A stretch of 64,000 nucleotides of DNA from Lama glama. Its lineage: Eukaryota. Positions 63,940 through 64,000 of this stretch are shown here, in pieces. The notes under the pieces were generated by a model. The model was not told the DNA's origin and made no database searches. It was given only the letters and a program-made list of their open reading frames with translations. A program made the translations under genes and the position numbers. The stretch spans positions 92,506,001 through 92,570,000 of the forward strand of contig CM052817.1 of NCBI GenBank assembly GCA_028534125.1, in the 5' to 3' direction. The stretch's first letter is position 1. Every line of letters begins with the position of its first letter.

Positions 63940-64000
63940 GGGGGAGGATGTAGCTCAGCAATAGAGCACATGCTTATTAGCAAGTACGAAGTCCTGTGTT
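63940..64000 (+). mobile_element. tRNA-derived SINE (Vic-1-like), cut by the window edge
   Basis: gggggaggatgtagctcagcaatagagcacatgctt...gtcctgtgtt. Confidence 0.85.

Noticed and set aside
40940..64000. Search for TBC1D9 exon 1, promoter or CpG island
   Set aside because: No MWVNPEEV-like start and no extended CpG island seen; treated as intron 1.

Overview
Mammalian genomic DNA, probably camelid, inferred from tRNA-derived SINEs resembling Vic-1 and from artiodactyl-type L1 3' ends. The whole window lies inside one minus-strand gene, TBC1D9 (Rab-GAP with two GRAM domains and a TBC domain). Twelve internal coding exons (numbered 2-13 by recalled human structure) were resolved at base level. 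All have GT-AG junctions and compatible phases, total 2207 nt, and join into one open frame with intact IxxDxxR and YxQ catalytic motifs. Exon 1 lies beyond 64000 and exon 14 onward lies before position 1. The introns hold L1, L2, MIR, SINE, LTR and hAT fossils, microsatellites and one 500-N assembly gap (39098-39597). I found no evidence for a new multi-gene system, CRISPR array or RNA gene. The notable items are small: a twin-primed L1, an L1 tail inserted at the exon 3 donor, complementary split L1 ends, inverted SINEs around exons 7-9, and a few candidate cis-regulatory motif clusters. Repeat subfamily names are from recognition only, and their boundaries are approximate unless a TSD is given.
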